From: a virus | Taxonomy: Duplodnaviria > Caudoviricetes | Strand: one strand, 5' to 3' | IMG/VR virus record: IMGVR_UViG_3300021255_001555 | Coordinates: 6,845 to 70,844 of that record | Length of the DNA: 64,000 bases | In this document: positions 8,530 through 18,368 of the stretch, piece after piece | Layout of the letters: each line of letters begins with the position of its first letter | Position numbering within the stretch: position 1 is the stretch's first letter | Notes under the pieces: model-generated | Seen by the model: only the letters and a program-made list of their open reading frames with translations | Databases searched by the model: none | What the model was told of the DNA's origin: nothing | Position numbers and translations under genes: made by a program

Positions 8530-11500
8530 TTAGAGTGGTTTAACAGCGGTTACGATACCTTTGGTAATAATGAACTTATATTCCTTACCCTGTTCGACAG
8601 TGATTCCCGGTTGCCTACCTTTGTACTTATCGTAGTAAGACTTCTTCTTCCACTGACTAGAAAAGACAAGACCTTTAAATTCACCATAATCCGTTTTAAA
8701 CACAATGCGAGCCATAAGTCTTCCGTTCTTATCGTTGAATTCCTGTACGGTATCAGCGATTCCACTGAGAACTTTAGGCAACTTACTAAATGACATACCA
8801 AGGACTTCAATCTCACCCTTTGTATTATCGTAGCATTGCTCGGCATTATTGGCAAACTCCGTAGCTTTGAGTTTTTCTTCCCACTGTATACGCATTTTAT
8901 CCTTACCATTGGCAGTGTAATACTCAATGCACTCCTTGCAGTGCTCAATGTACTCAAGTTTCTTCTTATAGTCTTCAAGGTTAGCTACCATCCAAGCACG
9001 GGATTTTCCAAGGAAGTCCATTGCTCCTGCCTTGATAAGATTCATTGCTACTGCCTTGTTGCCATGCTTAGCAAAGTCTTCCCATGTCTTAGCACCGAGA
9101 TACACACGCTTACCAACGTTCTTAATGTATCCCAATCCCATACGAAGGCTACCATTTTCTACCTGCCACTCCATGTTACCCTTAGAATAGTCAGGTGGGA
9201 GAATGTCAATACCAAGTTTCTCCAGTTCATCAAGGTATTTCAATACATCTTCCTGCTTATTCTTAGAGTTTATCACCGCACACATATACTCAACAGGGTA
9301 ATGTGTTTTGAGATACGCAGTTTTGTAAGAAAGCTGACCGTATTCTACGGAATGAGCAAGGTTGAATACATAGCGACCTGCGGCTTTAATCTGTTCTGCA
9401 ACGGTCTCTGCGACTTCCTTTGTATAACCATTATTTACACAGGCTTCAACAAAGTCCTTTACCGCTTGATCAATTTTTGTCAGTTCTTTTCTACCGATAA
9501 CCTTACGTAAAGCATCAGCCTGACCAAGACCATACCCCGCCATCTTCATTGCTATACGCATAATCTGCTCTTGATATACTAGAACACCATACGTTTTACC
9601 TGCAATTTCTTCCATGGCTTTACATGGATACGTTACCTTTGCACCGTTCTTACCATCGATGTACTGTTGAAGCATACCACTATCAATAGGTCCCGGTCTA
9701 AACAATGCCACCAGTGCGGCAATATCATTAAAGTTGGATACTTTGAGTTGCTTTGCCACGCCCTGCATACCACTGGACTCCATTTGGAATACACCCATAA
9801 GATTGCCTTTCGCATAGGTTGCAAAGGTTTCCTTGTCATCCATTGGAATATCATCGACAGACATACCGATACGCTTTAAGCAATCGTCCATGATGTCCAA
9901 TGTATTGAGTCCAAGGATATCTAACTTCAAACATCCCATTGCTTCTAACTGGTGGAACGTATAAGCAGCCGCACGGATATACTTACGTTCACCAGTAGAG
10001 GTATCATTGGAATAACAACCTTCAAGCGGTGTATAATTCTCGATATCATCTGGTGTTACAAGAATTGCACTGGCATGAATACCAGTCTTGTCAATGCGAC
10101 CACAGAAATGCTTTGCTACATCAAGAAGGTTCTTACGGGTTTCCTCGTCAAACTCAGGACACTCTAGTATCTGCTCAAGACTAAGGTCCACACGTTTAAC
10201 AAGGGAACGTAACGCCTGTGCTTCGAGCTTCAATGCTTGTCCTGCTCTCTGTATAGCAGCTTTGCCCACTTCGTCTTTTTCAGGATTTTTAGTGTAACCG
10301 ACTGTCATAACCTTACAGATATATCCGTATTTCTCTTTGACGTAATCGATTACCTTGCCCCTATTTAACGTACTTACATCACTATCTACGTCAGCAGGGG
10401 AGCGTCTTTCAATGTTACAGAATCTAAAGAACTCAGTGCCACGTTGAATAGGGTCTACTTTATGTAACCCCATGAGATAACCTACAAGGCTTCCACCGAT
10501 ACTGTTATGAACCACAGTATTATTCGCAATATAACTATGGTCAATTTCGGTAGTAAAGTCATAAACATATCCCTTGAAGTTTTCTATATGCTCAACCTTT
10601 TTAACTTCCGTTAAAAGCATATTCCCTTCAATGGCATACGATGTCTTGGCTACTCGAATTTTGTAAGAGGTGTGCCAATTTTTCTGAGTAACATTGCGAG
10701 TCATTATTGTAGTGCTACATCCAAAATATGCCCATAAAGTTTTTATCTGGGTAATAAGATTGTATGAAATAGAATCATAAGATATTCTATTTTCACAAAC
10801 ACTACCATCAGTACGCATTAAACCTTCCAGTATGTTTGCTATCCATGTAGAATTATTTACCATAAGAATACTAGGTATATGTTTATTCTCTGCATGAACA
10901 CCGCATAGACACATAAAAAACTTAGATATTACACCACGATTACAGTTAAATCTAATACAAGTCTTGCGTTTGTTAATGTCATAAAACCCTTTTGCATTAA
11001 ACTTATCTGCTAAGATTCGTTCACAGTCCCTTGCGTACTCCTTATTTTTCATTGGAAAAGCAATACCGAAAGTATGTCTATGTGTTTCCTTTTTGTGATT
11101 TGCCCAGCCATTTCCAACAAAATAACCAATCAACCTACAAAGGTCCTCGTCAATTTTTATAAATCTAGGCACCTTAGTCTGTTCCCACTGAGCGTTATTG
11201 GAGAAGAAATTAACGTAACCATCCTTACAACGTAATCCCGGTATTAGCTCCATAAGGTCAATGGTATCAGTAATTGGTTCTGGTAATACTACTTTCGGAA
11301 AACACACTCTATCAGTAGTTTTAAGGTCCTTCATTGGGATCCACTCATACTGTGCTAATTGCTTGCATTTCTTAGGGCACGATGGTCTACAATACTTATA
11401 GCCTGTAGACTTCTTTTTACCGCACATTCCACCACGGTACACTAAAATCTTATGGTCATTAGTAAATGTCATTGGATTACGGTTCTCTACTGTTACTCTG

Positions 11501-12666
11501 GTCATTGGTTCGTCGATACTATATCGCATTGTATCTGTGACAGTTCGTACATTACCAGTGTGAGATATAACCTTATCCCCAACAACGATGTCCTCAATGT
11601 TTTTACTGGTGCCATCAGCCATAAGAACCTTAGTACCAGAAATTGAGCACCCACGTCCTTCACCTGTAGGTATATTGTTTTCCCTGCACCAATTGAGCAT
11701 ATCCCAGATAACCAAGAGATAATTGAGATACCCTGCTTTCTCAAGGTCAACCATTTCAGCATTGAATCTCTCACCGTACTCCTTGTACTTACCCTTTGGC
11801 ACCTTGTCTCTCCATACTTTTCTACAGATTTCCCGTATAGTTTCATTAGCATCATCAGTAGGATACGTTGGATAATGGTTACCACCCATTTCTATAGTTA
11901 CATTACACAGGCTAGCAATCTTTTCCGTGTTAGCTATAGCTTCCTGCTTTGTATCATCTGGAATCCAATCGGTGTCAAGGATTTCCTGCTCACTCCACAG
12001 GTAATTCTCATTGTCATGGTATGAAAGACCACGAACCTCATTCCATAAAGTGTGATACTTTTGATCTTCAGGGATAGAGTAATGAGCATCAGTGGTAACT
12101 ACGAGGGGGACATCATATTTCCTTGCAAGACCAATAACCTTCTCGTTGTATACCTGTTGTTCAGGCATATTCAATGGCTGTATCTCTGCGTACAACCTGT
12201 CACCAAAGATACCCTTAAGTTTCTGCATCCACTCATCAGCACTATCGGTGTTTAATACACCTGCCATACAAGCAGTGAGACAAATGAGTCCTTCGTTATG
12301 CTTGCGTAAATCTTCGAGTCCGATGCGTGGCTTGAAATAAAAGTTGCTTTCCTCATAGGCTATACTATCGAGCCTCTTGATATTCATATAACCCACATCG
12401 TTCATAGCAAGGATAAGCAAATGGTGTGTCAGTGTCTTATCGCGGATACTTGTGTCCTCACAGAAATAAAACTCGCAACCAATGATAGGTTTAATGTCCT
12501 GACGATGACACTCCTCATAAAACTCTACGATACCACGCATAGTTCCGTGGTCTGTCAGTGATAAAGCTGTGTATCCAAGGTCCTTCGCACGGGATACCAT
12601 CTCTGGAATCGTTTCGTACCCGTCTAAAATTGAATATGAGCTATGATTGTGAAGTGAAATATACAT
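8530..12666 (-). CDS. dnaE: DNA polymerase III alpha subunit (family C) with PHP domain and one intein
   Basis: LHNHSSYSILDG, TDHG, GCE, TTDAH PHP ligands; SPADVDSD catalytic motif; KLDILGL; GVFQMES; YVFNLAHS. Confidence 0.96.
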   Translation of the reverse strand: MYISLHNHSSYSILDGYETIPEMVSRAKDLGYTALSLTDHGTMRGIVEFYEECHRQDIKPIIGCEFYFCEDTSIRDKTLTHHLLILAMNDVGYMNIKRLDSIAYEESNFYFKPRIGLEDLRKHNEGLICLTACMAGVLNTDSADEWMQKLKGIFGDRLYAEIQPLNMPEQQVYNEKVIGLARKYDVPLVVTTDAHYSIPEDQKYHTLWNEVRGLSYHDNENYLWSEQEILDTDWIPDDTKQEAIANTEKIASLCNVTIEMGGNHYPTYPTDDANETIREICRKVWRDKVPKGKYKEYGERFNAEMVDLEKAGYLNYLLVIWDMLNWCRENNIPTGEGRGCSISGTKVLMADGTSKNIEDIVVGDKVISHTGNVRTVTDTMRYSIDEPMTRVTVENRNPMTFTNDHKILVYRGGMCGKKKSTGYKYCRPSCPKKCKQLAQYEWIPMKDLKTTDRVCFPKVVLPEPITDTIDLMELIPGLRCKDGYVNFFSNNAQWEQTKVPRFIKIDEDLCRLIGYFVGNGWANHKKETHRHTFGIAFPMKNKEYARDCERILADKFNAKGFYDINKRKTCIRFNCNRGVISKFFMCLCGVHAENKHIPSILMVNNSTWIANILEGLMRTDGSVCENRISYDSISYNLITQIKTLWAYFGCSTTIMTRNVTQKNWHTSYKIRVAKTSYAIEGNMLLTEVKKVEHIENFKGYVYDFTTEIDHSYIANNTVVHNSIGGSLVGYLMGLHKVDPIQRGTEFFRFCNIERRSPADVDSDVSTLNRGKVIDYVKEKYGYICKVMTVGYTKNPEKDEVGKAAIQRAGQALKLEAQALRSLVKRVDLSLEQILECPEFDEETRKNLLDVAKHFCGRIDKTGIHASAILVTPDDIENYTPLEGCYSNDTSTGERKYIRAAAYTFHQLEAMGCLKLDILGLNTLDIMDDCLKRIGMSVDDIPMDDKETFATYAKGNLMGVFQMESSGMQGVAKQLKVSNFNDIAALVALFRPGPIDSGMLQQYIDGKNGAKVTYPCKAMEEIAGKTYGVLVYQEQIMRIAMKMAGYGLGQADALRKVIGRKELTKIDQAVKDFVEACVNNGYTKEVAETVAEQIKAAGRYVFNLAHSVEYGQLSYKTAYLKTHYPVEYMCAVINSKNKQEDVLKYLDELEKLGIDILPPDYSKGNMEWQVENGSLRMGLGYIKNVGKRVYLGAKTWEDFAKHGNKAVAMNLIKAGAMDFLGKSRAWMVANLEDYKKKLEYIEHCKECIEYYTANGKDKMRIQWEEKLKATEFANNAEQCYDNTKGEIEVLGMSFSKLPKVLSGIADTVQEFNDKNGRLMARIVFKTDYGEFKGLVFSSQWKKKSYYDKYKGRQPGITVEQGKEYKFIITKGIVTAVKPL
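10504..11649 (-). mobile_element. intein (382 aa) with LAGLIDADG homing endonuclease, in DnaE
   Basis: Inserted at GEGRG|SIGGS; begins CSISGTKVLMADG, ends ...VYDFTTEIDHSYIANNTVVHN before Ser; LIGYFVGNG and LEGLMRTDG LAGLIDADG-like blocks. Confidence 0.95.
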
Positions 12667-12916
12667 TGTACTCCCCCTTTTTGACATCGATAATTTCCTG
12701 TAGGTACAAACTATAAGGCAAGGGAGTTTGTATGTCGAAAAACGCTTCCCTTGCCTAGTTTTTAAATGAATTTACCCATTTTCAAAGTGTGGTATATCTG
12801 ACACAATGCAATGACATACCCTGATGCACCAATGATAATCTCACCATCATCTATTGCCTTCGTTGCTACTACAAGAATGTACATAGCAATCAACAGGCAA
12901 AACATTATATTTCTAT

Positions 12917-14656
12917 CTAACATACCTTACCCTCCTTGATTAACTGTCGGATTTTACTTTTAAGAATAATTGCTTCAGTGAGAGAACCATTTTCAAACCC
13001 TCGTCCCCAAGTGGTCACCTCGCTGTTTTCTCCATCCTTATGACGTTGGATCTCATCTTCTAACCAATTAATTAACGCTTCCATACATTCTCCTTTCACT
13101 TGTTAACAGTGCTTTCAACTTCTTGATACTTGCGTAAGTATTCGAGAATACACTCCATTTCATATACAGAAAAATCCTGCGTCCACCCATAACCATTAGC
13201 CAGTGCTTTTTTACAGTGCTCTACTTTGTCGATACATAATTCTATAGCTAACATTCTTGCTCCCTCCAAGTTATACCAATGGTCTCGCATAAAAACTTCA
13301 TAGAATCTCTAGTTATAAGGAACCGTGAGCAATCGCTCATGTGTATAAATAACTCGCTCTTGTTTATCCATACAAGACTATTGATATTTACAACAACCTT
13401 GTCACCATCTTCAGTTTCCAAGGAAATCCAATCATTATTCATTGTTTAACCCTCCATATTGTTGCTAAGCCTCCATCCTTGTATCTCTTAACTGTGGTTA
13501 TAGAATCCTTTCTAATTGCATTTTCCAAATCCACTATTACATATCCTCTTAAAGTAACTAATTTATCTGGAGCGATTGCCACATAATAACTTTCTTTACC
13601 TTTACCATAGAACAACAAATCACCTGCCTTGATTTCGGGCATAGGATTTACTTCTTGATTGAGCCATTCCACAATTCCATGATAACAGGTTCTATCATCT
13701 TGACTTGCACAATTAAGTGAATATGCACAATTATCACAATTTTTATCCAAATAATCTGCCAATTCTTCTGCTGACATGGCTCTAATTTTGTCAATGTTCT
13801 TCATTGTCAGTCCTCCTGTCTAACTCTGCTTCTAAAAATGATTTAAACTTGTCAACCAATGGTTGGTCGCAGGTTCTTCCACCAAAGTCATCATCGGGAT
13901 AATACATATCACAATCACGTATCATACCTTCGATTTCCCAGTTTTCAAAATGTTTAATGTTATCGAGAATCTGGGGATATACAATGCTTAAAGCATAGGT
14001 ATGACGTGGTAGAGAATACCGTAAAGCAAAGACAAATAGTGTTCTTAAATCTTTATTCATTGTTATCCCCCTAGTCACGTATAATTTTTCTGATAGTCTT
14101 ATACACAGTTAATACAATGAGTGCTATTGAAAACGGTAGCCAACACGTTACGCCGCGTATAACATCTTCAGCCTCAATATAACTATGCTCTATCTCATTG
14201 ATGATCAATGTAATCATTAGTCCAACTGCACCGTAAATAAATATGATTTCTAAGTTAGTCATTATCAGCCCTCCTATTTAACGGACAATTTTCTACTTCT
14301 ATAAGACGTGTATCATTTTCTAAACAAACAAAATCAATACACGCCATTTCTATGTTAGGTTTTGTTCCACGTTTATCACAGTCTACACATCTAATTAACC
14401 TATCACATACTATAGACACAACATCTTCAAATGTTTTATTCATTGTCAGTCCCCCCTACTCACAATAACTATAGTGACAATAAGGACACCCAGTGATTAC
14501 AAAGTTACCTGCTTCTTCCAGTGTATAACCTTTATCCTCACCGAATATCTGGTGTCCACAACGGTAACAACGTCCATCATGCGGAGCGAACACCGGGAAT
14601 CCCTGTTTTTCACACGCTTTTTTCTGAGCTTCGTAGTATTTCTTAACGTCTACCAT
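12917..14656 (-). CDS. run of eight small hypothetical genes (12917-13099, 13096-13290, 13248-13442, 13439-13804, 13791-14060, 14071-14262, 14255-14443, 14456-14656); the last is a CxxC...CxxC zinc-ribbon protein
   Basis: Abutting or overlapping ORFs on one strand with GGAGG-type RBSs; CYRC...CPYC in 14456-14656. Confidence 0.65.
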
Positions 14657-14667
14657 TGTTGTCCCTC

Positions 14668-15237
14668 CTAATTAATCCATCTAATTACTGGTTCACCTTT
14701 AAAACCTTTTTCCCACACAAACCATGCGTAAGCTACGGCTGACGAATAGTTTTTTGAAAAATCCCCACCCATCATACAAGCAAGTCTACTACGTGCTACA
14801 TAAATAGTTTTCGGTGGGTTATCCTTGAACCACTGTCCACGCTCTTTACCTTCAAGGAATAACAGTTTTAAGAACATTGCTATTTTATGTCCAACAGGAA
14901 TAATGTCCATGCAATGTTTAATATATTCAAGGGCACCTTTATATGGTGGATTGGAAACGATGTCTCCTTCCCAGTTATCAATGTCAAATATATTTTTAAC
15001 ATTGCCATACCCACGGTCAAACATATCACTAGAGGAAACATCATATCCTGCTTCCTTCAAAGTATCAGAGATATGCCCTGCACCACACATAGGCTCAAGT
15101 ATGTTATGGTCAAAGGTTTCCTCCTGCAAAAGCAGTCGTACCGCTTTAGGGTCAGTTGCATAGAAGTCATTTGCTTCACGTTCATGTGTTGATATATTAG
15201 CTGCCCCTAACGATGCAAATACATTCTTTGATGGCAT
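14668..15237 (-). CDS. orphan N6-adenine DNA methyltransferase
   Basis: DFYATD, motif I ILEPMCGAGH, motif IV IVSNPPY. Confidence 0.85.
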   Translation of the reverse strand: MPSKNVFASLGAANISTHEREANDFYATDPKAVRLLLQEETFDHNILEPMCGAGHISDTLKEAGYDVSSSDMFDRGYGNVKNIFDIDNWEGDIVSNPPYKGALEYIKHCMDIIPVGHKIAMFLKLLFLEGKERGQWFKDNPPKTIYVARSRLACMMGGDFSKNYSSAVAYAWFVWEKGFKGEPVIRWIN

Positions 15238-15239
15238 TG

Positions 15240-15479
15240 TTACTCCTCCTTCTTTGTCCTTGTAATAACCTTCTTACGCAAGGTTATGAATTTCTTTTCA
15301 CACTTGTATTCCTTGGCTATGATTTGCTTACCATCTTTTTCCACACGAGTACACTTATAGATATCACTGGCGGCATCGAACTTCTTCATATCCGTAGGGT
15401 TCGCGGTGTATATCCTTGCAAACTTACTGGAACGGTCATAGCAAATAATGGTTTCCTGTTCATACGGTGCTAATCTCAT
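15240..15479 (-). CDS. hypothetical protein
   Basis: ORF in the operon (EQETII...ARIYT pattern). Confidence 0.6.
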   Translation of the reverse strand: MRLAPYEQETIICYDRSSKFARIYTANPTDMKKFDAASDIYKCTRVEKDGKQIIAKEYKCEKKFITLRKKVITRTKKEE

Positions 15480-16231
15480 GCGACATCCTCCCTTAAAATC
15501 TTACGAATAAAATCTACACCCTTCTCTTTCACATAGGTTGTAGTGGCTACTACTGAGTTACCACCGATGAAATACTGACTTTGAACCAGTTTAAAATACC
15601 CTGCATCTACGTATCTCTGATAAGGTGTATTGTCTTCCCGAAGAATTCCCTTGTTACGCAATTTGGCAAACATTTTATTTCTGCCAAATCCCATGTCCAA
15701 TGTTTTAGCAACGTCAGCCATAGAAAACAATGAGCTACTATCTGCCGCCATATCATAAAACTCTGCTTTCGGTTGCATAATAGCTATCTGCTTGGTCTGT
15801 TCAGCGATTAACTTATTGCGTTCTTCGAGTTGACGTTGAACAACAAGGAAGGCACGGGCTACCAATTCTTGTTCGTCCATACTCTCTTGTCCAACAATGT
15901 AACCACCGTGTTTACGCAGAGATGGCAGAACTTTCGATGTTATCCAATGCTTAAACTCTTTGGCAGCAGGGAGCCTACTACTGAGAATCAGTGAATACAC
16001 ACCTGATTCATTGATAAAAGTAGTTTTCGTGACCACATTCCCATTTTGGGAATCTGCTGTAACTGGTGTCTTGTATTTATCCTCATCATCTACGTGAACC
16101 ATAACAGCCTTGCTTGCGTTACTGTACCCTAATGCCATAGCTACGTCTTTACCGACAAGCCACGGTTCACCATTGATTTCCAATCCTCTAATATTGCCGA
16201 ACTTACTTTCAAATAACTGTAGTTTATCCAT
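15476..16231 (-). CDS. BRO-N / KilAC-type phage antirepressor
   Basis: PWLVGKDVAMALGY...FINESGVYSLILSSRLPAAKEFKHWITSKVLPSLRKHG; C-terminal PKAEFYD...PYQRYVDAGYF...TTYV. Confidence 0.92.
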   Translation of the reverse strand: MDKLQLFESKFGNIRGLEINGEPWLVGKDVAMALGYSNASKAVMVHVDDEDKYKTPVTADSQNGNVVTKTTFINESGVYSLILSSRLPAAKEFKHWITSKVLPSLRKHGGYIVGQESMDEQELVARAFLVVQRQLEERNKLIAEQTKQIAIMQPKAEFYDMAADSSSLFSMADVAKTLDMGFGRNKMFAKLRNKGILREDNTPYQRYVDAGYFKLVQSQYFIGGNSVVATTTYVKEKGVDFIRKILREDVA

Positions 16232-16454
16232 GTTGTTCCTCCTTAACAAAATGATAAAAACAAATGTGAGAACCGTAGTCCCATATCACTGTGTTCTCTT
16301 GCTTCCATTGGCGTATATATGGTGGTTCAAAGTTATTCTTCTTCCACCATTCCAATACACTGTTCTGGGCAGCATCAAGGGTATCAAATGTACCATGCTC
16401 ACGTACTACTGGTCGATACTCCTCGTCACACCCATGCCACTCTACTTTAAACAT
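16224..16454 (-). CDS. hypothetical protein
   Basis: ORF overlapping both neighbours by 8 bp. Confidence 0.6.
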   Translation of the reverse strand: MFKVEWHGCDEEYRPVVREHGTFDTLDAAQNSVLEWWKKNNFEPPYIRQWKQENTVIWDYGSHICFYHFVKEEQHG

Positions 16455-17118
16455 TGTTATTCACCCCGAAGATATCATTTGCTCTTGGTTTTCCGCAGGT
16501 CATCTTACCTTCAGTGCATTTACCAGTAACACACGCAGGTCCGGCATTGACGAACAATAAAGGTGCTACTTTCATACATTCTTTGTACATTGAATCCGCG
16601 AGTTCCCTGATTTCCCATTGAGCACGATTACAACAACGTAATCTAAAGAAGTTCAATAGACTCCGTGCGTTCATTGTTACAATAATGTTCGTAGCTGTAG
16701 CATTAGGAAGAATGTATCTAGCGTCTTCCTTTGGTACTCCATTGAGAACCAACCATTTGTACAGGTCAGCAGTGTATGCCATAAACTTCTCATATTTATC
16801 TTTGCAACCAATGAGACTCTCTGGTACAATGTAGTCAAAGTTATCTTCGCTGACATACCGTTGACTGCGTTGGCTAAAAGACGCTAACCTATGTCTCACG
16901 AGTTGGTGACTGCAAGCTCTACTGATTCCGTCGATAGCAAAGGTAAAACTTGCGTGTTCAAATGGAGAGTAATGCCCAAGCTCGGCTAATTTTGATACAA
17001 ACTTGCCTACATCTTTGATTTCAATGTCACCAGTAGGTTTATCTGAGTAACAAAGTCTAGCAGCTTTAGCCACGGTCTCCTCTGGATTGCTTGTGTGTTC
17101 AATAAGTTCTACTTTCAT
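16447..17118 (-). CDS. thyX: FAD-dependent thymidylate synthase
   Basis: GHYSPFEH; ThyX motif [17 protein letters not shown]; EDARYILP; RAQWEIR. Confidence 0.96.
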   Translation of the reverse strand: MKVELIEHTSNPEETVAKAARLCYSDKPTGDIEIKDVGKFVSKLAELGHYSPFEHASFTFAIDGISRACSHQLVRHRLASFSQRSQRYVSEDNFDYIVPESLIGCKDKYEKFMAYTADLYKWLVLNGVPKEDARYILPNATATNIIVTMNARSLLNFFRLRCCNRAQWEIRELADSMYKECMKVAPLLFVNAGPACVTGKCTEGKMTCGKPRANDIFGVNNNV

Positions 17119-17297
17119 TCCCAGTCCTCCAATTCGTTATCAATAGCTTTAACAATTTCCTTCGCAGGTATCTCGTATTGTCCTGCGGTGGCACATAGGA
17201 CATCAACTATCATCATTACGATTTCATTGAGGTCCGCTTCAACGTCAATGTTGACATTCTCATCATCATCAACATCAATGTGTATAAATGACTTCAT
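17115..17297 (-). CDS. small hypothetical protein (possible paralog family member D)
   Basis: AGGAGG RBS before ATG 17297. Confidence 0.6.
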   Translation of the reverse strand: MKSFIHIDVDDDENVNIDVEADLNEIVMMIVDVLCATAGQYEIPAKEIVKAIDNELEDWE

Positions 17298-17340
17298 AGA
17301 ATACCTCCTGTTATCGTCTAGGTAACGCTCTGTTATCGTT

Positions 17341-17369
17341 AATGTAACACAAGGAGAATTATTTTGCAA
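17341..17369 (-). promoter_or_regulatory. sigma-A-type promoter of the thyX-dnaE operon
   Basis: TTGCAA-17-TACATT with TGTGT before the -10. Confidence 0.65.
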
Positions 17370-17564
17370 CACCTTGTTTTCAATTTTTTTACAAAGGGCG
17401 GCGATTGTATGACAAAGCCAAGCATTGATATTACTGAGGTTGACAAGGTTTTAGACACTGATAAAAAATATAAAGAAGAACTTGAAAAGCAAAAGGGCAA
17501 ATATGAATCCATTGCTAACTCTATAAACAAAAATAAGGAGCCATAAAGGCTCCATTTTTATTGA

Positions 17565-17592
17565 CAAAAAAATGGGGGCATTAAGCCCCCGT
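17565..17592 (-). terminator. intrinsic terminator ending the late/lysis operon
   Basis: GGGGGC-TTAAT-GCCCCC hairpin followed by a T run on the minus strand. Confidence 0.75.
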
Positions 17593-17820
17593 TATTACAT
17601 TGTATATCTTATCGTAACACTTCATTATTACTTTGTTTATCTTCTCGACAGAATACCCATACTTCTCAGAGATAGCAGTGATACTCAAGCCATCAATGAA
17701 TCTGGCATGGAGTATCTTTTGGTCTTCCTTAAATATCTTTGCTTCGTCCACAATGCCATAATACTTTGTTTTCGTTGCTTTATTCAGGGTATCCTTTGCC
17801 AGTTTTCTATTGTCTTTCAT
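17581..17820 (-). CDS. small HTH protein (sigma region-4-like) at the end of the lysis cassette
   Basis: ILHARFIDGLSITAISEKYGYSVEKINKVI helix-turn-helix pattern. Confidence 0.65.
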   Translation of the reverse strand: MKDNRKLAKDTLNKATKTKYYGIVDEAKIFKEDQKILHARFIDGLSITAISEKYGYSVEKINKVIMKCYDKIYNVITGA

Positions 17821-17822
17821 TG

Positions 17823-18368
17823 TTAGAAGTGGACTTTCCACTGGACACTGCCACCGCGTACACCTTTTTCATTTACGTATACCTCTGCCTGTACAGAGTG
17901 GCATCTATCGTAATTACGCTGTATAGAAGTAACAGCAATGTTTTCATCTGCTATCCTGCCTACACCAACACCGAGTTCCCAGTTTCTATAAGTGTTTATC
18001 TTATAGACATCTACTTTAGTTCCGTCGGTTGTAACTACGGTCTTATCAGTGTTTTTCAACGCTTCAGGTGGTAACGTGCTATCCTTTTTGTTAATTTTTT
18101 CCTGCACCGCTTTTACAGGGGTAGGACTTTTTTCAATATAGGAAGCAACTGGAACCACTTTTTCAGTACGGATTTCCTTGATTTGTGTTACGATTTCCTT
18201 TGCGTTCTGCTTGTTAACACCTAACTCATTCTGTACGACATTGGTATCAGTGATTTGTTCTTCTGGAATAACCACTGTACCTTCATCAGCCTTACATGAA
18301 TAAAACGATAGGGCAACAAGAACAGTAACAAATACAATAAGTATTGTTCTTTTCCATATATCACTCAT
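17823..18368 (-). CDS. lysis-associated membrane protein (spanin candidate)
   Basis: N-terminal hydrophobic anchor ending in Cys; C-terminal amphipathic beta strands ending in Phe; follows the endolysin. Confidence 0.55.
   Translation of the reverse strand: MSDIWKRTILIVFVTVLVALSFYSCKADEGTVVIPEEQITDTNVVQNELGVNKQNAKEIVTQIKEIRTEKVVPVASYIEKSPTPVKAVQEKINKKDSTLPPEALKNTDKTVVTTDGTKVDVYKINTYRNWELGVGVGRIADENIAVTSIQRNYDRCHSVQAEVYVNEKGVRGGSVQWKVHF

Noticed and set aside
8836-9510. 224-aa plus-strand ORF, and other short ORFs inside dnaE, primase and TMP
   Set aside because: Shadows of long conserved genes
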